Below, one piece after another: positions 16,174-25,587 of a stretch of DNA of 64,000 nucleotides (position 1 is the stretch's first letter; every line of letters starts with the position of its first letter). The translations under genes and the position numbers were made by a program. The notes under the pieces are model-generated. The model ran no database searches, was not told where the DNA came from, and saw only the letters and a list, made by a program, of their open reading frames with translations. Origin of the DNA: Dehalococcoidia bacterium (lineage in GTDB: Bacteria; Chloroflexota; Dehalococcoidia; Lucifugimonadales; UBA3495); NCBI GenBank assembly GCA_965115955.1, contig OZ220473.1, forward strand, positions 1,301,463 through 1,365,462. The letters run 5' to 3'.

Positions 16174-16947
16174 TCAGGATGTCGCCGGCTTGCGGCCCTT
16201 GCGCTCCAGGAAATCGGCGAACCCCTCCTCGACGGTCAGGCCTCGGAAGCGGCCCTGCCGCGCCTCGATCTCGGTCCAGAACTGTTCCTCCAGCGAGTTG
16301 CCGGTATGCTCAATCAGGAGCTGCTTGATGTTGTTGACGCCCTCCGGCCGGTTTTTGGCGATGCCGGCGGCGACTTCGATGGTCTTGTCCATCAGGTTTT
16401 CCGAGGGAACCAGGTGATTGAGCAGGCCGATATGATAGGCTTCGTCGGCGAAGACCTCGCGGCCGCTGTAGAGCAGTTCCTTGGCCTTGCCCCATCCCAC
16501 CAGCGTCGGCAGGCTCCAGGTGGCGTTGAGCTGGCCGTAGTTGACGGCCAGGAAGCGAAAGCTGCTCTTCTCGCAGCCGATCAGGAAGTCCATGCTGGTA
16601 GCCATCACCGTGCCGCCGCCGTAGCACAGGCCGTTGACGGCGCCGATAACGGGCTTGGCGCAGGAGGCCATGTGCCAGGTGTACCTGGCGCGCTGGGCGG
16701 CCGCCTCGTCGCGCTGCTCCTGGGTCAGCTCGCGGTTCTCGTGGATGTCGGCTCCGGCGGAGAATGCCCGCTCGCCGGCGCCGGTGACGATCACCGCGCC
16801 GATGCCGTCGTCGGCCTCTGCCTCGGTGAGAAACTCGTCCACCTCGCGCACCAGCTTCAGGCTGAGGGCGTTCAGCACCTCAGGCCGGTTCAGGGTGAGG
16901 ATGGCGACCCGGTCTACCCGGTCAGTGGAGATAACCTCAAAGGCCAT
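16174..16947 (-). CDS. Enoyl-CoA hydratase/isomerase (crotonase) family
   Basis: 'VAILTLNRPEVLNALS...VIVTGAGERAFSAGADI...GAVNGLCYGGG'. ATG chosen at 16947. Confidence 0.85.
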   Translation of the reverse strand: MAFEVISTDRVDRVAILTLNRPEVLNALSLKLVREVDEFLTEAEADDGIGAVIVTGAGERAFSAGADIHENRELTQEQRDEAAAQRARYTWHMASCAKPVIGAVNGLCYGGGTVMATSMDFLIGCEKSSFRFLAVNYGQLNATWSLPTLVGWGKAKELLYSGREVFADEAYHIGLLNHLVPSENLMDKTIEVAAGIAKNRPEGVNNIKQLLIEHTGNSLEEQFWTEIEARQGRFRGLTVEEGFADFLERKGRKPATS

Positions 16948-17033
16948 GACTGCTATGACTCCTTTGCCGCCCTGAATTAAAAGCAGGGCGCTCCTGGATT
17001 TGCCAACGGCGCAGCCGGTACGCTGCGATGGAA

Positions 17034-17084
17034 ACCGGGTTAAATAATACCGGGTTAAATAATAAGGAAACCGGGTTAAATAAA
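17034..17084. repeat. Three direct copies of ACCGGGTTAAATAA(T/A) in an A/T-rich divergent promoter region
   Basis: Copies at 17034-17048, 17049-17063 and 17070-17084, between the crotonase (-) and MTase (+) starts. Confidence 0.8.
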
Positions 17085-17196
17085 ACACAACAGCCAGCGC
17101 AATGCAAACCCGGCCCCAGGGCGGCTGACATTTGGCTATCGTCCGCTTTCCCGGCCCGTGCTAAAATCTTGCCAGCCAGCTTTCGGCAGGGGGGCC

Positions 17197-18264
17197 ATGG
17201 CGACAGCAGACACGACAGGGGCTTCAAGTGCGGCCAAAATCTCGGATACCTCCGTTGAACAGACGATACGAATACGGGCTGCCGTCAATAAGTGGATTGC
17301 CGACAACCTGCCTGAACAGCGGCGTCACTTGAGCCACACTCTCCCCACCGCAGGATCCGATGGGCTGTGGCATATCGAACTGTTAGCCAGGAGAGACAAG
17401 CGGTCTTATCCCCTCGGTAAGCTTGTCGTTGGCGAAGACCAGGGCGTTTCCCTGTCCAAAGGAACGCCTGAAAGTGTGGCCGCGAATCTGGAGATGATTG
17501 TGAACCATGACCGGATACACGCTGACGCCGGCGCATCTCTTTGCGGAGACCTCTACGACTTCCGTTTTGCTGATGGTATCTCGGGGTCTGCGGAACTTGA
17601 CGATCGGTCGGTGGATTTGCTGCTTACCGACCCGCCGTACAGCATCAGCAATCCCTATACCTGCGAAAGCCAGGTGCCAAGGCGCTTGAGGAAAAACGGC
17701 ACGGATTTCATCATGCCCAAAGGACACTTCGGCCACTGGGATTATGGATTTTCCCCCGCGGAATGGACATCCCTGATCCTGCCCAAAGTGCGGGGCTGGG
17801 CGGTCATTTTCTGCGCTCAGGAGCAGATCGGAGAGTACTCCGAAATCCTCAGGGCCCAGAAGTTCGTTGCCGTGGGAACACTGGTATGGCAAAAAACAAA
17901 TCCAGTGCCTTTCAACCATGCTTACAAGCCGATCAATGCTTGGGAAGCGCTGGTAATCGGCAAGCGGTCAGGCGCCAAATTCAATGGGCATGTAGTCCAC
18001 AACGTATTTCTGTACAAGTCGCCATCCCCGCAGGAGCGCATACATTCGACTCAGAAGCCTATCGGCCTGATAGCCGAGTTCATCGAACTGTTCAGCAATC
18101 AAGGAGATTTCATCCTGGACCCCTTTGCCGGAAGCGCAACGACAGTGGCGGCCGCTATCGGATTGCAGAGACGGGTCTTGGCTTTCGAGAATGATCCTGA
18201 ATCATTTCAGGCAGCATCCAAACGTATTATCTCCAAAACGAGTCTCTTATATGAGCAACGCTGA
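17197..18264 (+). CDS. DNA methyltransferase, beta-class, DPPY type (probably N6-adenine)
   Basis: Motif IV 'LLLTDPPYSISNPY' precedes motif I 'ILDPFAGSATT'. The region is visibly lower in GC than its flanks. Confidence 0.85.
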   Translation: MATADTTGASSAAKISDTSVEQTIRIRAAVNKWIADNLPEQRRHLSHTLPTAGSDGLWHIELLARRDKRSYPLGKLVVGEDQGVSLSKGTPESVAANLEMIVNHDRIHADAGASLCGDLYDFRFADGISGSAELDDRSVDLLLTDPPYSISNPYTCESQVPRRLRKNGTDFIMPKGHFGHWDYGFSPAEWTSLILPKVRGWAVIFCAQEQIGEYSEILRAQKFVAVGTLVWQKTNPVPFNHAYKPINAWEALVIGKRSGAKFNGHVVHNVFLYKSPSPQERIHSTQKPIGLIAEFIELFSNQGDFILDPFAGSATTVAAAIGLQRRVLAFENDPESFQAASKRIISKTSLLYEQR

Positions 18265-18961
18265 TTTCTATGACGCTTTTGGTAAGGACACAAAAGTGTA
18301 TCAGGTTTATCAGGCACTAAAAGATTGGCAATGGCACTGCCTCGAATGTGAATATGCTCATGTTGGAACAACGCAGATCGCTGGTGGAGCCGGAATACAA
18401 GGACTTCAAAGAGGTGCGAAATCCCGATCGGGTATGAGTATAAATAGCGGAAATCATTACTGCGCAACGTGCGATAAGCAGACACGCCACGACCGTTGGA
18501 CTGGCAATTTGGTATCTGCGATTCCTGCGCCTTCCATGCCTGCGGAGTTTGCTTTGAGAGTAGTTAACTTGCTCGGCTCTCGTGATGTGGTTGAACAAAC
18601 GGAACGCCCGCCCAATCAACTAACCGTTGACCACAAGTTGCCCATGCTGAGATGGAATGCGAATACAAGGGCCAGCCAATCCAGTTTTGCTGATATGACA
18701 GATGAAGATATTCGAGCGAAGTTTCAGTTGTTGAAGGCGTCCAATGGCAGCGTAAGCCACAATTTGTTAAAGAGCCGGGCTTGCGAGCGGTGCTTCAGAA
18801 CTGGACGCAGGGGTACGCCCTTTGGCATCGCCTACTTCTATGAAGGAACTGAAAGATGGCAGACGGATGACCGCACAGACCCGCAAGGATGTGTCGGCTG
18901 CGGTTGGTATGACTTTGACTTGTGGCGCGCCCGTCTCAATGACTTTGTACAGTCAAAATGA
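18251..18961 (+). CDS. HNH (beta-beta-alpha-Me) endonuclease with zinc ribbons; probable cognate type II restriction enzyme
   Basis: Its ATG overlaps the MTase 3' end by 14 nt. Motifs: 'WHCLECEY...YCATCDKQTRH', 'TVDHKLPMLRWN...HNLLKSRACERC', 'CVGCGW'. Confidence 0.65.
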   Translation: MSNADFYDAFGKDTKVYQVYQALKDWQWHCLECEYAHVGTTQIAGGAGIQGLQRGAKSRSGMSINSGNHYCATCDKQTRHDRWTGNLVSAIPAPSMPAEFALRVVNLLGSRDVVEQTERPPNQLTVDHKLPMLRWNANTRASQSSFADMTDEDIRAKFQLLKASNGSVSHNLLKSRACERCFRTGRRGTPFGIAYFYEGTERWQTDDRTDPQGCVGCGWYDFDLWRARLNDFVQSK

Positions 18962-19113
18962 GAAGTTCTGAGGGCATAAACAGCCGCAGCCCTCCGCATC
19001 TTCGCGCTCTCTACCGGAACCTGTCATCTTTCGCGCTGGTCATAGGGGCGGCTGCTGTGCCGTGGGGCGGGAGAATCACAGGGAATCTGAAACCGATAGA
19101 AAGGAGCTTTGCC

Positions 19114-20007
19114 ATGCAGGAACGCGACTTTGTCGGCTACGGGGGCAACCTGCCGGCGGTGCAGTGGCCCGACAACGCGCGGATCGCCGTCTCGGTGGTG
19201 GTGAACTACGAGGAAGGATCAGAATACTCCACCCTGGACGGCGACCCCGCAGGCGAGACCTCCGGCGAGTCGCCGTCTCCGCTCGGGCCTGGGGAGCGCG
19301 ACCTCGCCAACGAGTCCTTCTTCGAATACGGCAGCCGCGCCGGCGTCTGGCGCATCATGGACATCCTCGACCGCAACAACGTCAAGGGCACCTTCTATGC
19401 CTGCGCCCTGGCTCTGGAGCGCAACCCCGGAGTTGGCCCGGAGGCCATCCGCCGGGGCCACGAGGTCATGGGCCACGGCCACCGCTGGGAGGAGTATTAC
19501 CGGATGGATCGCGACGCCGAGCGCGAGGCCATCCGCCAGGCTGTTGGCAGCATCGAACGCATCTGCGGCCAGCGACCTCTGGGCTGGTATACCCGCTACG
19601 GCCCCAGTGTCAACACCCGCGAGCTGCTGGTCGAGGAGGGCGGGTTCGAGTATGACTGCAACGCCTATAACGATGACCTGCCTTACTGGACGCAGGCGCA
19701 CGGCAGGCCGTGGCTGGTGGTTCCCTATTCGCTGGAGGTCAACGACTACAAGTTCTGGCGCGGCGACCTGCTCACGCCGGATCACTTCTTCCAGGTCGCC
19801 AGGGCTTCCTTCGACCAGCTCTACGAAGAGGGAGCCACCCACCCGAAGATGATGTCTGTCGGCCTGCACTGCCGCATTATCGGCAAGCCCGGCCGCGCCT
19901 CGGCTCTGGCCCGGTTCCTGGAGTACGCTTCGCAGAAGGAGGGCGTCTGGTTCTCCCGCCGCCTGGACATCGCCCGGTGGTGGAAGGAACACTACCCGCC
20001 GGCGTAG
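19114..20007 (+). CDS. puuE: PuuE-type allantoinase / polysaccharide deacetylase family
   Basis: RBS AAGGAG (19101-19106). Motifs 'IAVSVVVNYEEGSEYS...FEYGSRAGVWRI...GHEVMGHGHRW...KMMSVGLHCRIIGKPGR' match PuuE as I remember it. Confidence 0.75.
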   Translation: MQERDFVGYGGNLPAVQWPDNARIAVSVVVNYEEGSEYSTLDGDPAGETSGESPSPLGPGERDLANESFFEYGSRAGVWRIMDILDRNNVKGTFYACALALERNPGVGPEAIRRGHEVMGHGHRWEEYYRMDRDAEREAIRQAVGSIERICGQRPLGWYTRYGPSVNTRELLVEEGGFEYDCNAYNDDLPYWTQAHGRPWLVVPYSLEVNDYKFWRGDLLTPDHFFQVARASFDQLYEEGATHPKMMSVGLHCRIIGKPGRASALARFLEYASQKEGVWFSRRLDIARWWKEHYPPA

Positions 20008-20069
20008 CTCCAATGCCGTTTAAACCATCTCAAACCATCGCCAGCTAAATCGCCCGCAGGAGACTCGCC

Positions 20070-21038
20070 ATGAAGACAGTGCGCATTTACCAGACCGGCG
20101 GCCCGGAGGTTCTGAACTACGAGGACGCGCCGGAGCCGCTGCCCGCGCCAGGGCAGGCGCTGGTGGAGATCAAGTCCATAGGCGTCAATTACACCGATGT
20201 ATCCAGTCGCAAGGGAACCAATCCGCCCGACGCCTTCCCGTGGACGCCGGGCCGCGAGGCCGCCGGTGTGGTTGCCGCCGTCGGCGAGGGGGTTACCGAG
20301 GTGGCTGTGGGCGACCGGGTGGCCTACGCCATGCATACCGGCGCATATTCTCAGTATCACGCCGTGCCGTCGTGGCTGCTGGTGCGCATACCCGCCGGCA
20401 TGGATTTTGCCGCTGCGGCAGCAACCATGCTCCAGGGGATGACCGCTCACTTCCTGGTCTATGGCGTTGCCCATCTGAACGCTGGCGACCGGGTGCTGGT
20501 CCATGCAGGCGCCGGGGGCATGGGCCTGTGGCTTATTCAGTTGCTCAAGAATCTGGGTGTCTACGTTTTCACCACCGTTTCCACCGATGGGAAGGCCGAG
20601 CTGGCCAGGGGCGCAGGCGCCGACCACGCCGTCATTTACACACGGCAGGACTTCGAGGCGGAAATAAGGGAAGCCACCGGCGGCGAGGGCCTCAGAATGG
20701 TTATGGATGCCGTGGGCGCTACTACCTTCGACAAGGGGATGCGACTGCTGGGACGCCGGGGCTGTATGGCGCTTTATGGGCAGGCCGGCGGCCCTGTGGG
20801 GCAGGTGGACAGCGGCGTTCTGCGCCATGGCTCTCTGTTCCTGACCCGCCCCAGCCTTGGCGACTATACCGCCACCCGCGACGAGCTGACGCAGCGCGCC
20901 GATGACGTGCTGCGCTGGGTGCAGAGCGGCGAGGTCAAGCTCTACGTCGGTCTGGAGCTGCCCCTGTCCGAGGCTCGCGAAGCCCACCGCAGGCTGGAGG
21001 GCCGCGAGACGACGGGGAAAATACTGCTCACGCCATAG
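20070..21038 (+). CDS. qor: NADPH:quinone oxidoreductase (zeta-crystallin/MDR family)
   Basis: 'GVNYTDV...GREAAGVVAAVGEGV...VLVHAGAGGMG'. Confidence 0.8.
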   Translation: MKTVRIYQTGGPEVLNYEDAPEPLPAPGQALVEIKSIGVNYTDVSSRKGTNPPDAFPWTPGREAAGVVAAVGEGVTEVAVGDRVAYAMHTGAYSQYHAVPSWLLVRIPAGMDFAAAAATMLQGMTAHFLVYGVAHLNAGDRVLVHAGAGGMGLWLIQLLKNLGVYVFTTVSTDGKAELARGAGADHAVIYTRQDFEAEIREATGGEGLRMVMDAVGATTFDKGMRLLGRRGCMALYGQAGGPVGQVDSGVLRHGSLFLTRPSLGDYTATRDELTQRADDVLRWVQSGEVKLYVGLELPLSEAREAHRRLEGRETTGKILLTP

Positions 21039-21125
21039 GGTATTGCCCACGCGTAGGGAATGGCCGTATCCCTGAGCCGCCGTTCGGGGGGCTGTCCTGG
21101 TATTGCCCACGCGTAGGGAATGGCC
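21039..21125. repeat. Two identical 27-nt repeats separated by a 33-nt spacer (CRISPR-like geometry)
   Basis: GGTATTGCCCACGCGTAGGGAATGGCC at 21039-21065 and 21099-21125. The first copy begins right after the qor stop codon. Its reverse complement resembles the 10108 repeat (shared CGCGTGGG..CAA core). Confidence 0.8.
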
Positions 21126-21640
21126 TGCCCTGTCACTCCGCAGCCATGCTGCCGACTGCTCTGATTATCCCTTGCCGCGCAGTCGGCGGCGCTCGCCGGA
21201 AGACCGGCTTGACGGCGACCCGCTGCTGGAATCGGGCAGGCGATTTCAGCCTTGACCGAGGCATCGCAGCTTCTCATCCGTCTCTTGGACGCGGGGTTCG
21301 CTTGCTGTGGGCGCTTGCGCTGGATACTAGCTTCTCTTCCGGCTCCCGGACGCGGGGGTCGGCTGCGATTCGGCCTTCCCTTTTCTTCCACGAACGCCCT
21401 CAGGCGCTGCTGCGTTGCCGGGTTGCGCCGCCGCAGTTGGCCGTCCTCCCGGCAGTATTTCAGGCTGGGGATGTCGCTATGTTTGCGGAGATGGTCGGGT
21501 TCGGCTTCGACAATCTCGAAAACAGGGCGGTACGCTCCGTGTCGGCTTGCTGGTCGTGGCATTCCCCTGGGCCGATTAGAAAGGATGCCGGTGTGAGGTA
21601 TATCGCCGGGCGGCCGCTGTCTCTGCCTCGCGCAGCTACG

Positions 21641-22390
21641 TTACTGCGCTACCCAGCCGCCGTCTATGACCAGCTCGCTGCCGGTAACGAAGGATGCCTC
21701 GTCGGATGCCAGGTACAGGACGCCGTAGGCCACGTCTATCGCTTCGCCGTAGCGGCCGAGAGGGATGCGCGACTCCATCAGCGCCTGCAATGCCGGGCTG
21801 GAGCGTCGGCGTTCGGTCATTGGCGTTACGATGGGTCCGGGGTGAACCGAGTTGCAGCGGATGCCGTCGGCGGCGCACTGGATGGCTGTGGACTTGGTGA
21901 GGAGCCGCACCGCACCCTTGGATGCGATGTACTGGGGGCTGGACTCGCGCATCGCCACGATGCCCAACTGCGACGAGATGTTGATGATCGAGCCTCCCCC
22001 GGCGCGTCGCATGGGCGGGATGGCCTCACGGGTGCCGAGGAAGACTCCTTTGGCGTTGACCCCCATCACCCTGTCCCACTCCTCTTCAGTGGTGTCCTCG
22101 ATGCCGCCGGCGGCGCTTACGCCGGCGTTGTTGACCAGTATATCGAGCTTCTTGTATTTCTCTTCGGCCAGGGACACGGCTCGGCGCCAGTCTTCTTCTT
22201 TTGTAACGTCCAGCTGCGCGAAAATCGCTTGCCCTTGGGGAATCGACGCGGCGATGGCCCGGCCCTCGGCTTCCAGCACGTCGCCCACGACCACCTTCGC
22301 GCCTTCCCGGGCGAACAGCAGCGCCTCCTCGGCTCCCATTCCCCGGGCGCCGCCGCTGATCAGGGCAACCTTTCCTTCAAGGCGCATCAT
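21641..22390 (-). CDS. SDR family oxidoreductase
   Basis: 'KVALISGGARGMG' with 'NNAG' and 'YxxxK' (YIASKGA). Confidence 0.85.
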   Translation of the reverse strand: MMRLEGKVALISGGARGMGAEEALLFAREGAKVVVGDVLEAEGRAIAASIPQGQAIFAQLDVTKEEDWRRAVSLAEEKYKKLDILVNNAGVSAAGGIEDTTEEEWDRVMGVNAKGVFLGTREAIPPMRRAGGGSIINISSQLGIVAMRESSPQYIASKGAVRLLTKSTAIQCAADGIRCNSVHPGPIVTPMTERRRSSPALQALMESRIPLGRYGEAIDVAYGVLYLASDEASFVTGSELVIDGGWVAQ

Positions 22391-22494
22391 CTGCCTCCTT
22401 TTGTTTGAACTGCTTGTATGAGCTGCGATTTTCCTGATTGGCTGATTATCAGGATTCGGGATGGCTCATAATCCCGTCAATCCTTGTGCATCCC

Positions 22495-22554
22495 GAAGAC
22501 CCGGCTGAAGACCCGGCTGAAGACCCGGCTGAAGACCCGGCTGAAAACCCGGGT
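22495..22554. repeat. 12-nt tandem repeat GAAGACCCGGCT, four perfect copies plus one degenerate copy
   Basis: Perfect copies span 22495-22542; the degenerate copy is at 22543-22554. Intergenic, upstream of the SDR gene. Confidence 0.9.
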
Positions 22555-22655
22555 CTCGGGCGAGATGGACGCCGACGGCCAAGCCGCTCAGCCTCCCGGC
22601 AGGCGCTGATTGGCCGAAGCAAGGATGAAGCAAGGATTGAGAATCTTCGGCGCCA

Positions 22656-23156
22656 TCACTCGCCATCGCCTTGGATGAAGATCGATTCGGGGGGATACTC
22701 GATTGGCGCTTCGCCGGTCTCGCCAAGCAGAAGCGGCAGCACTGGGCTCGAGCCGTAATGCTCCATTGCGGCCAGTATTTCATCCCGGACTTCTGGCAAG
22801 TCTGCCCGTATTCGTTCTCCTATCTCGCTGGAGATACTGGTCTCCGGGTCATACTTTTCCGCCCAGCCGATTACCGCCAGCATGATTGGCAGCAGGTCTT
22901 TCCCCTTTTCGGTCAGTTGGTATAGCACCTGCCGCCCGTTGGCCGGATCCTTTTGCCGGCTGATGATCTGCTGCTCTTCGAGCCGATTGAGCCGGTCGGA
23001 CAGTATGTTGGTCGATATGCCTTCGGGGGCCCGGAGGAAATCCCGAAAACGGGTGGAGCCGCGAAACATCATGTCGCGGATGAGCAATAGCGACCATCGG
23101 TCGCCAAATACGCCTGCCCCGTAACGAAATGGGCATTGTTTGGCCTCGTAAATCAT
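22656..23156 (-). CDS. HxlR family transcriptional regulator
   Basis: 'CPFRYGAGVFGDRWSLLLIRDMMF...GISTNILSDRLNRLEE'. ATG chosen at 23156. Divergent from the MFS gene. Confidence 0.8.
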   Translation of the reverse strand: MIYEAKQCPFRYGAGVFGDRWSLLLIRDMMFRGSTRFRDFLRAPEGISTNILSDRLNRLEEQQIISRQKDPANGRQVLYQLTEKGKDLLPIMLAVIGWAEKYDPETSISSEIGERIRADLPEVRDEILAAMEHYGSSPVLPLLLGETGEAPIEYPPESIFIQGDGE

Positions 23157-23185
23157 GCGCCCAGCATACCCAAATTCCCTATTGC

Positions 23186-23213
23186 TTGTAAATCGCAAGT
23201 ATTCTGATATAAT
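23186..23213 (+). promoter_or_regulatory. Sigma70-like promoter with extended -10, overlapping a CTTG..CAAG partial palindrome
   Basis: TTGTAA (23186-23191), a 16-nt spacer, then TGaTATAAT (TATAAT at 23208-23213). Confidence 0.45.
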
Positions 23214-23216
23214 CGC

Positions 23217-24527
23217 TTGCACAATGCAAGTAATGGGTATCGCCGCTCGGCACAATCGACCGGGGCGAACAGCGCGTTGAAAGCGGCATCACGGCCGAGG
23301 CCTTTGCGGCAGGGGGAAAGCAAAATCGAGACTCAAGCGATTCAGGTAAGAGCGAGTGAGGTAAACAAAGCGCTGTTTCTTGCAGGGCTTTTCGTGGCTG
23401 TCTTCGGCGCCATGAACTCCAATCTGATGGTCACCGCCCTCTTGGTGGAAATATCCGACGATATGCAAATTTCCGTTGCGGTCGCCGGGCAGTTGGCGAC
23501 CGCAACCTACGCCGCCTGGGGCGCCTCGGTCTTCCTGGTGGGCCCCCTGTCCGATTCCTTCGGGCGTCGCCCCATTGCCCTTGCCGGGCTGCTGCTGATA
23601 GTCGTATCCCTGATCGGGGCTGCCTTCGCCCCCAATTTCGAGACGCTGCTGGCGCTCCGGGTACTGGGCGGCCTGGGCGCTGGAACGTTGCCGCCCACCT
23701 TTGTGGGCGCAATTTCCGATGTCATCTCCCCAGACAGGCGGGCCCGGGCGGTCGGCTCAATTCTGGCCGTTGGGATGCTGGCGTCGGTGATCAGCGTGCC
23801 GGCTGTCGCCGTGCTGGCCGACTGGAGCAGATGGCAGTTCGCTTTCATCGTTTCGGGTTTGCTGAGTGCAGCGGGTCTGATTGCCAACTGGCTGTGGCTG
23901 CCGAAAGACAGCGGAGAGAGGGTTAGAGACCTGGTCATTTTCTCCCGATACTGGTCCCTCATCCGCCTGGGTTTCTTCCAGGTGGCCCTGACGGTCAATC
24001 TTGCCCATCGCATCGTCTTCTGGGCGATGGTCAGCTTCTTCGCCGCCTACATGATCCATACCTACGAAGTGAGCTTGCGGTTTGTGGCTCTGCCTCTGGC
24101 GATAATAGCGACAGGCCAGGTGATGGGCAGCTACGCGGGCGGGGTTATGGCCGGGAGCAGGCATCGCCCCTTCCTCATCGCCGCCGTCTGCGCCGCCGGA
24201 GGCGCCAGTGGATTCCTGCTCTTCGCCGTCGATCTCCAGCTCTGGGCTGCTGTGGCCGTTGCAACGGTGGGAACAGGGCTGCTCAGCATCAATTTCCCTG
24301 CCCTGGTTGCCGCCAGCACCGAGCATTCGGGAGAATCAAAGGCCACCGGGGTAGGAATGATGGGCCTGAGCAACCAGTTGGGGGGAGTGCTTGGCGCCGC
24401 GATCTCCGGCGGGCTCCTCGCCGTCTCGGGTTACGAAGGCATAGCATACCTCTGCCTCGGCGCCACCGGCGTAAGCGTCCTGACGTCCGTTCTGTTCGCC
24501 GGGCAGATGCGCAAAGGAGGCGGCTGA
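23217..24527 (+). CDS. MFS transporter (start uncertain; TTG at 23277 is possible)
   Basis: Twelve-helix-like hydrophobic pattern with 'GPLSDSFGRRP' MFS motif A. Confidence 0.8.
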   Translation: MHNASNGYRRSAQSTGANSALKAASRPRPLRQGESKIETQAIQVRASEVNKALFLAGLFVAVFGAMNSNLMVTALLVEISDDMQISVAVAGQLATATYAAWGASVFLVGPLSDSFGRRPIALAGLLLIVVSLIGAAFAPNFETLLALRVLGGLGAGTLPPTFVGAISDVISPDRRARAVGSILAVGMLASVISVPAVAVLADWSRWQFAFIVSGLLSAAGLIANWLWLPKDSGERVRDLVIFSRYWSLIRLGFFQVALTVNLAHRIVFWAMVSFFAAYMIHTYEVSLRFVALPLAIIATGQVMGSYAGGVMAGSRHRPFLIAAVCAAGGASGFLLFAVDLQLWAAVAVATVGTGLLSINFPALVAASTEHSGESKATGVGMMGLSNQLGGVLGAAISGGLLAVSGYEGIAYLCLGATGVSVLTSVLFAGQMRKGGG

Positions 24528-24616
24528 AGCCCTACTGGCCGCCAGCGCCCTCGGCGTGATGATTCCCGGCCTTTCCCTGGGACTGGAGAGATACAGGGAG
24601 CCTGGAGCGATACAGG

Positions 24617-25432
24617 CTAGAACCTTGTCTGCTGGTTCATGGGAGAGTAGGTGCCGGGGTGGACGGCGCAGAGGCCGGCGTCTACGGGCAGCACGATGCC
24701 GGTAATCCAGCGCGCCTCGTCGCTGGCGAGGAACAGCGCGGCGTAGCCGATGTCCCACCCGGTGCCTTCCACCTGCATTGGAGCCGAATTGCGGCGGTAC
24801 TGCCTCAGGTCGTCGTCCATGCGGGGCGCGACCATCGGCGTGTAGACCAGCCCGGGCGCGATGGCGTTGACCCGGATGTTGTCGCGGGCATGGTCTGCGG
24901 CCATGGAGATGGTCAGGCCGATGACGCCGGCCTTGGATGCAGTGTAGGGCGTGCTCATATGCGCCCGCAGCCCGGCGATGGACGATATGTTGATGATGGC
25001 GCCGCCGCCGGTCTCGATCATGCGGGGAATCACCGCCTTGGCCGCCAGCACCATGGTCTTCAGGTTAACGTTCATAACCCGGTCCCAGTCGGCCTCGCTG
25101 ACCTCGACAACGGTGCCGCGCTGGGAGATGCCCACATTGTTGTCGAGGATGTCGATGCGCCCGTAGCGGTCGATGGCCGCCTGGGCCATGCGCTCGCAGT
25201 CGTCCAGGCGTGTCATGTCGCCCTGGAACGTAGACGCCTCGCCGCCCTCGGACCTGATGATGTCCAGCGTTTCCTGAGCGCGTTTTTCCTCCTGGTCCAC
25301 TAGCAGCGTTCTGGCGCCCTCGCGGGCCATCAGAATTGCCGCCGCCTTGCCGTTGCCGATGCCGGCGCCGCTGGAGCCGGCGCCGGTAATAATCGCCACC
25401 TTGCCTTCAAGCCTGGGAGCGCGCTCTGCCAT
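24617..25432 (-). CDS. SDR family oxidoreductase
   Basis: 'KVAIITGAGSSGAGIG', 'NNVG', 'YTASKAG'. Confidence 0.85.
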   Translation of the reverse strand: MAERAPRLEGKVAIITGAGSSGAGIGNGKAAAILMAREGARTLLVDQEEKRAQETLDIIRSEGGEASTFQGDMTRLDDCERMAQAAIDRYGRIDILDNNVGISQRGTVVEVSEADWDRVMNVNLKTMVLAAKAVIPRMIETGGGAIINISSIAGLRAHMSTPYTASKAGVIGLTISMAADHARDNIRVNAIAPGLVYTPMVAPRMDDDLRQYRRNSAPMQVEGTGWDIGYAALFLASDEARWITGIVLPVDAGLCAVHPGTYSPMNQQTRF

Positions 25433-25587
25433 TGGTCAATTCTCCTGACATCTGCTAGGTGTGCCTGCCAGATTCCTAGGGTACAATCGGGGAAAAAGCG
25501 GGTGATGTCAAGCAGGCGCCAATCAGCGCGCCGGGATAGTCTGCAAAAGCTCGAGTCTGCCAATAGAGATCAAGCGGGAAAGCGGAC

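Noticed and set aside
20942-21562. A 206-aa minus-strand ORF (and plus-strand ORF 21252-21596) in the ~500-nt gap between qor and the SDR gene.
   Set aside because: Only the first ~55 aa ('VFEIVEAEPDHLRKHSDIPSLKYCREDGQ...') look protein-like. The rest is basic low-complexity sequence that runs through the 27-nt repeats. No RBS or family motif was recognised. A small gene here cannot be excluded but cannot be supported.
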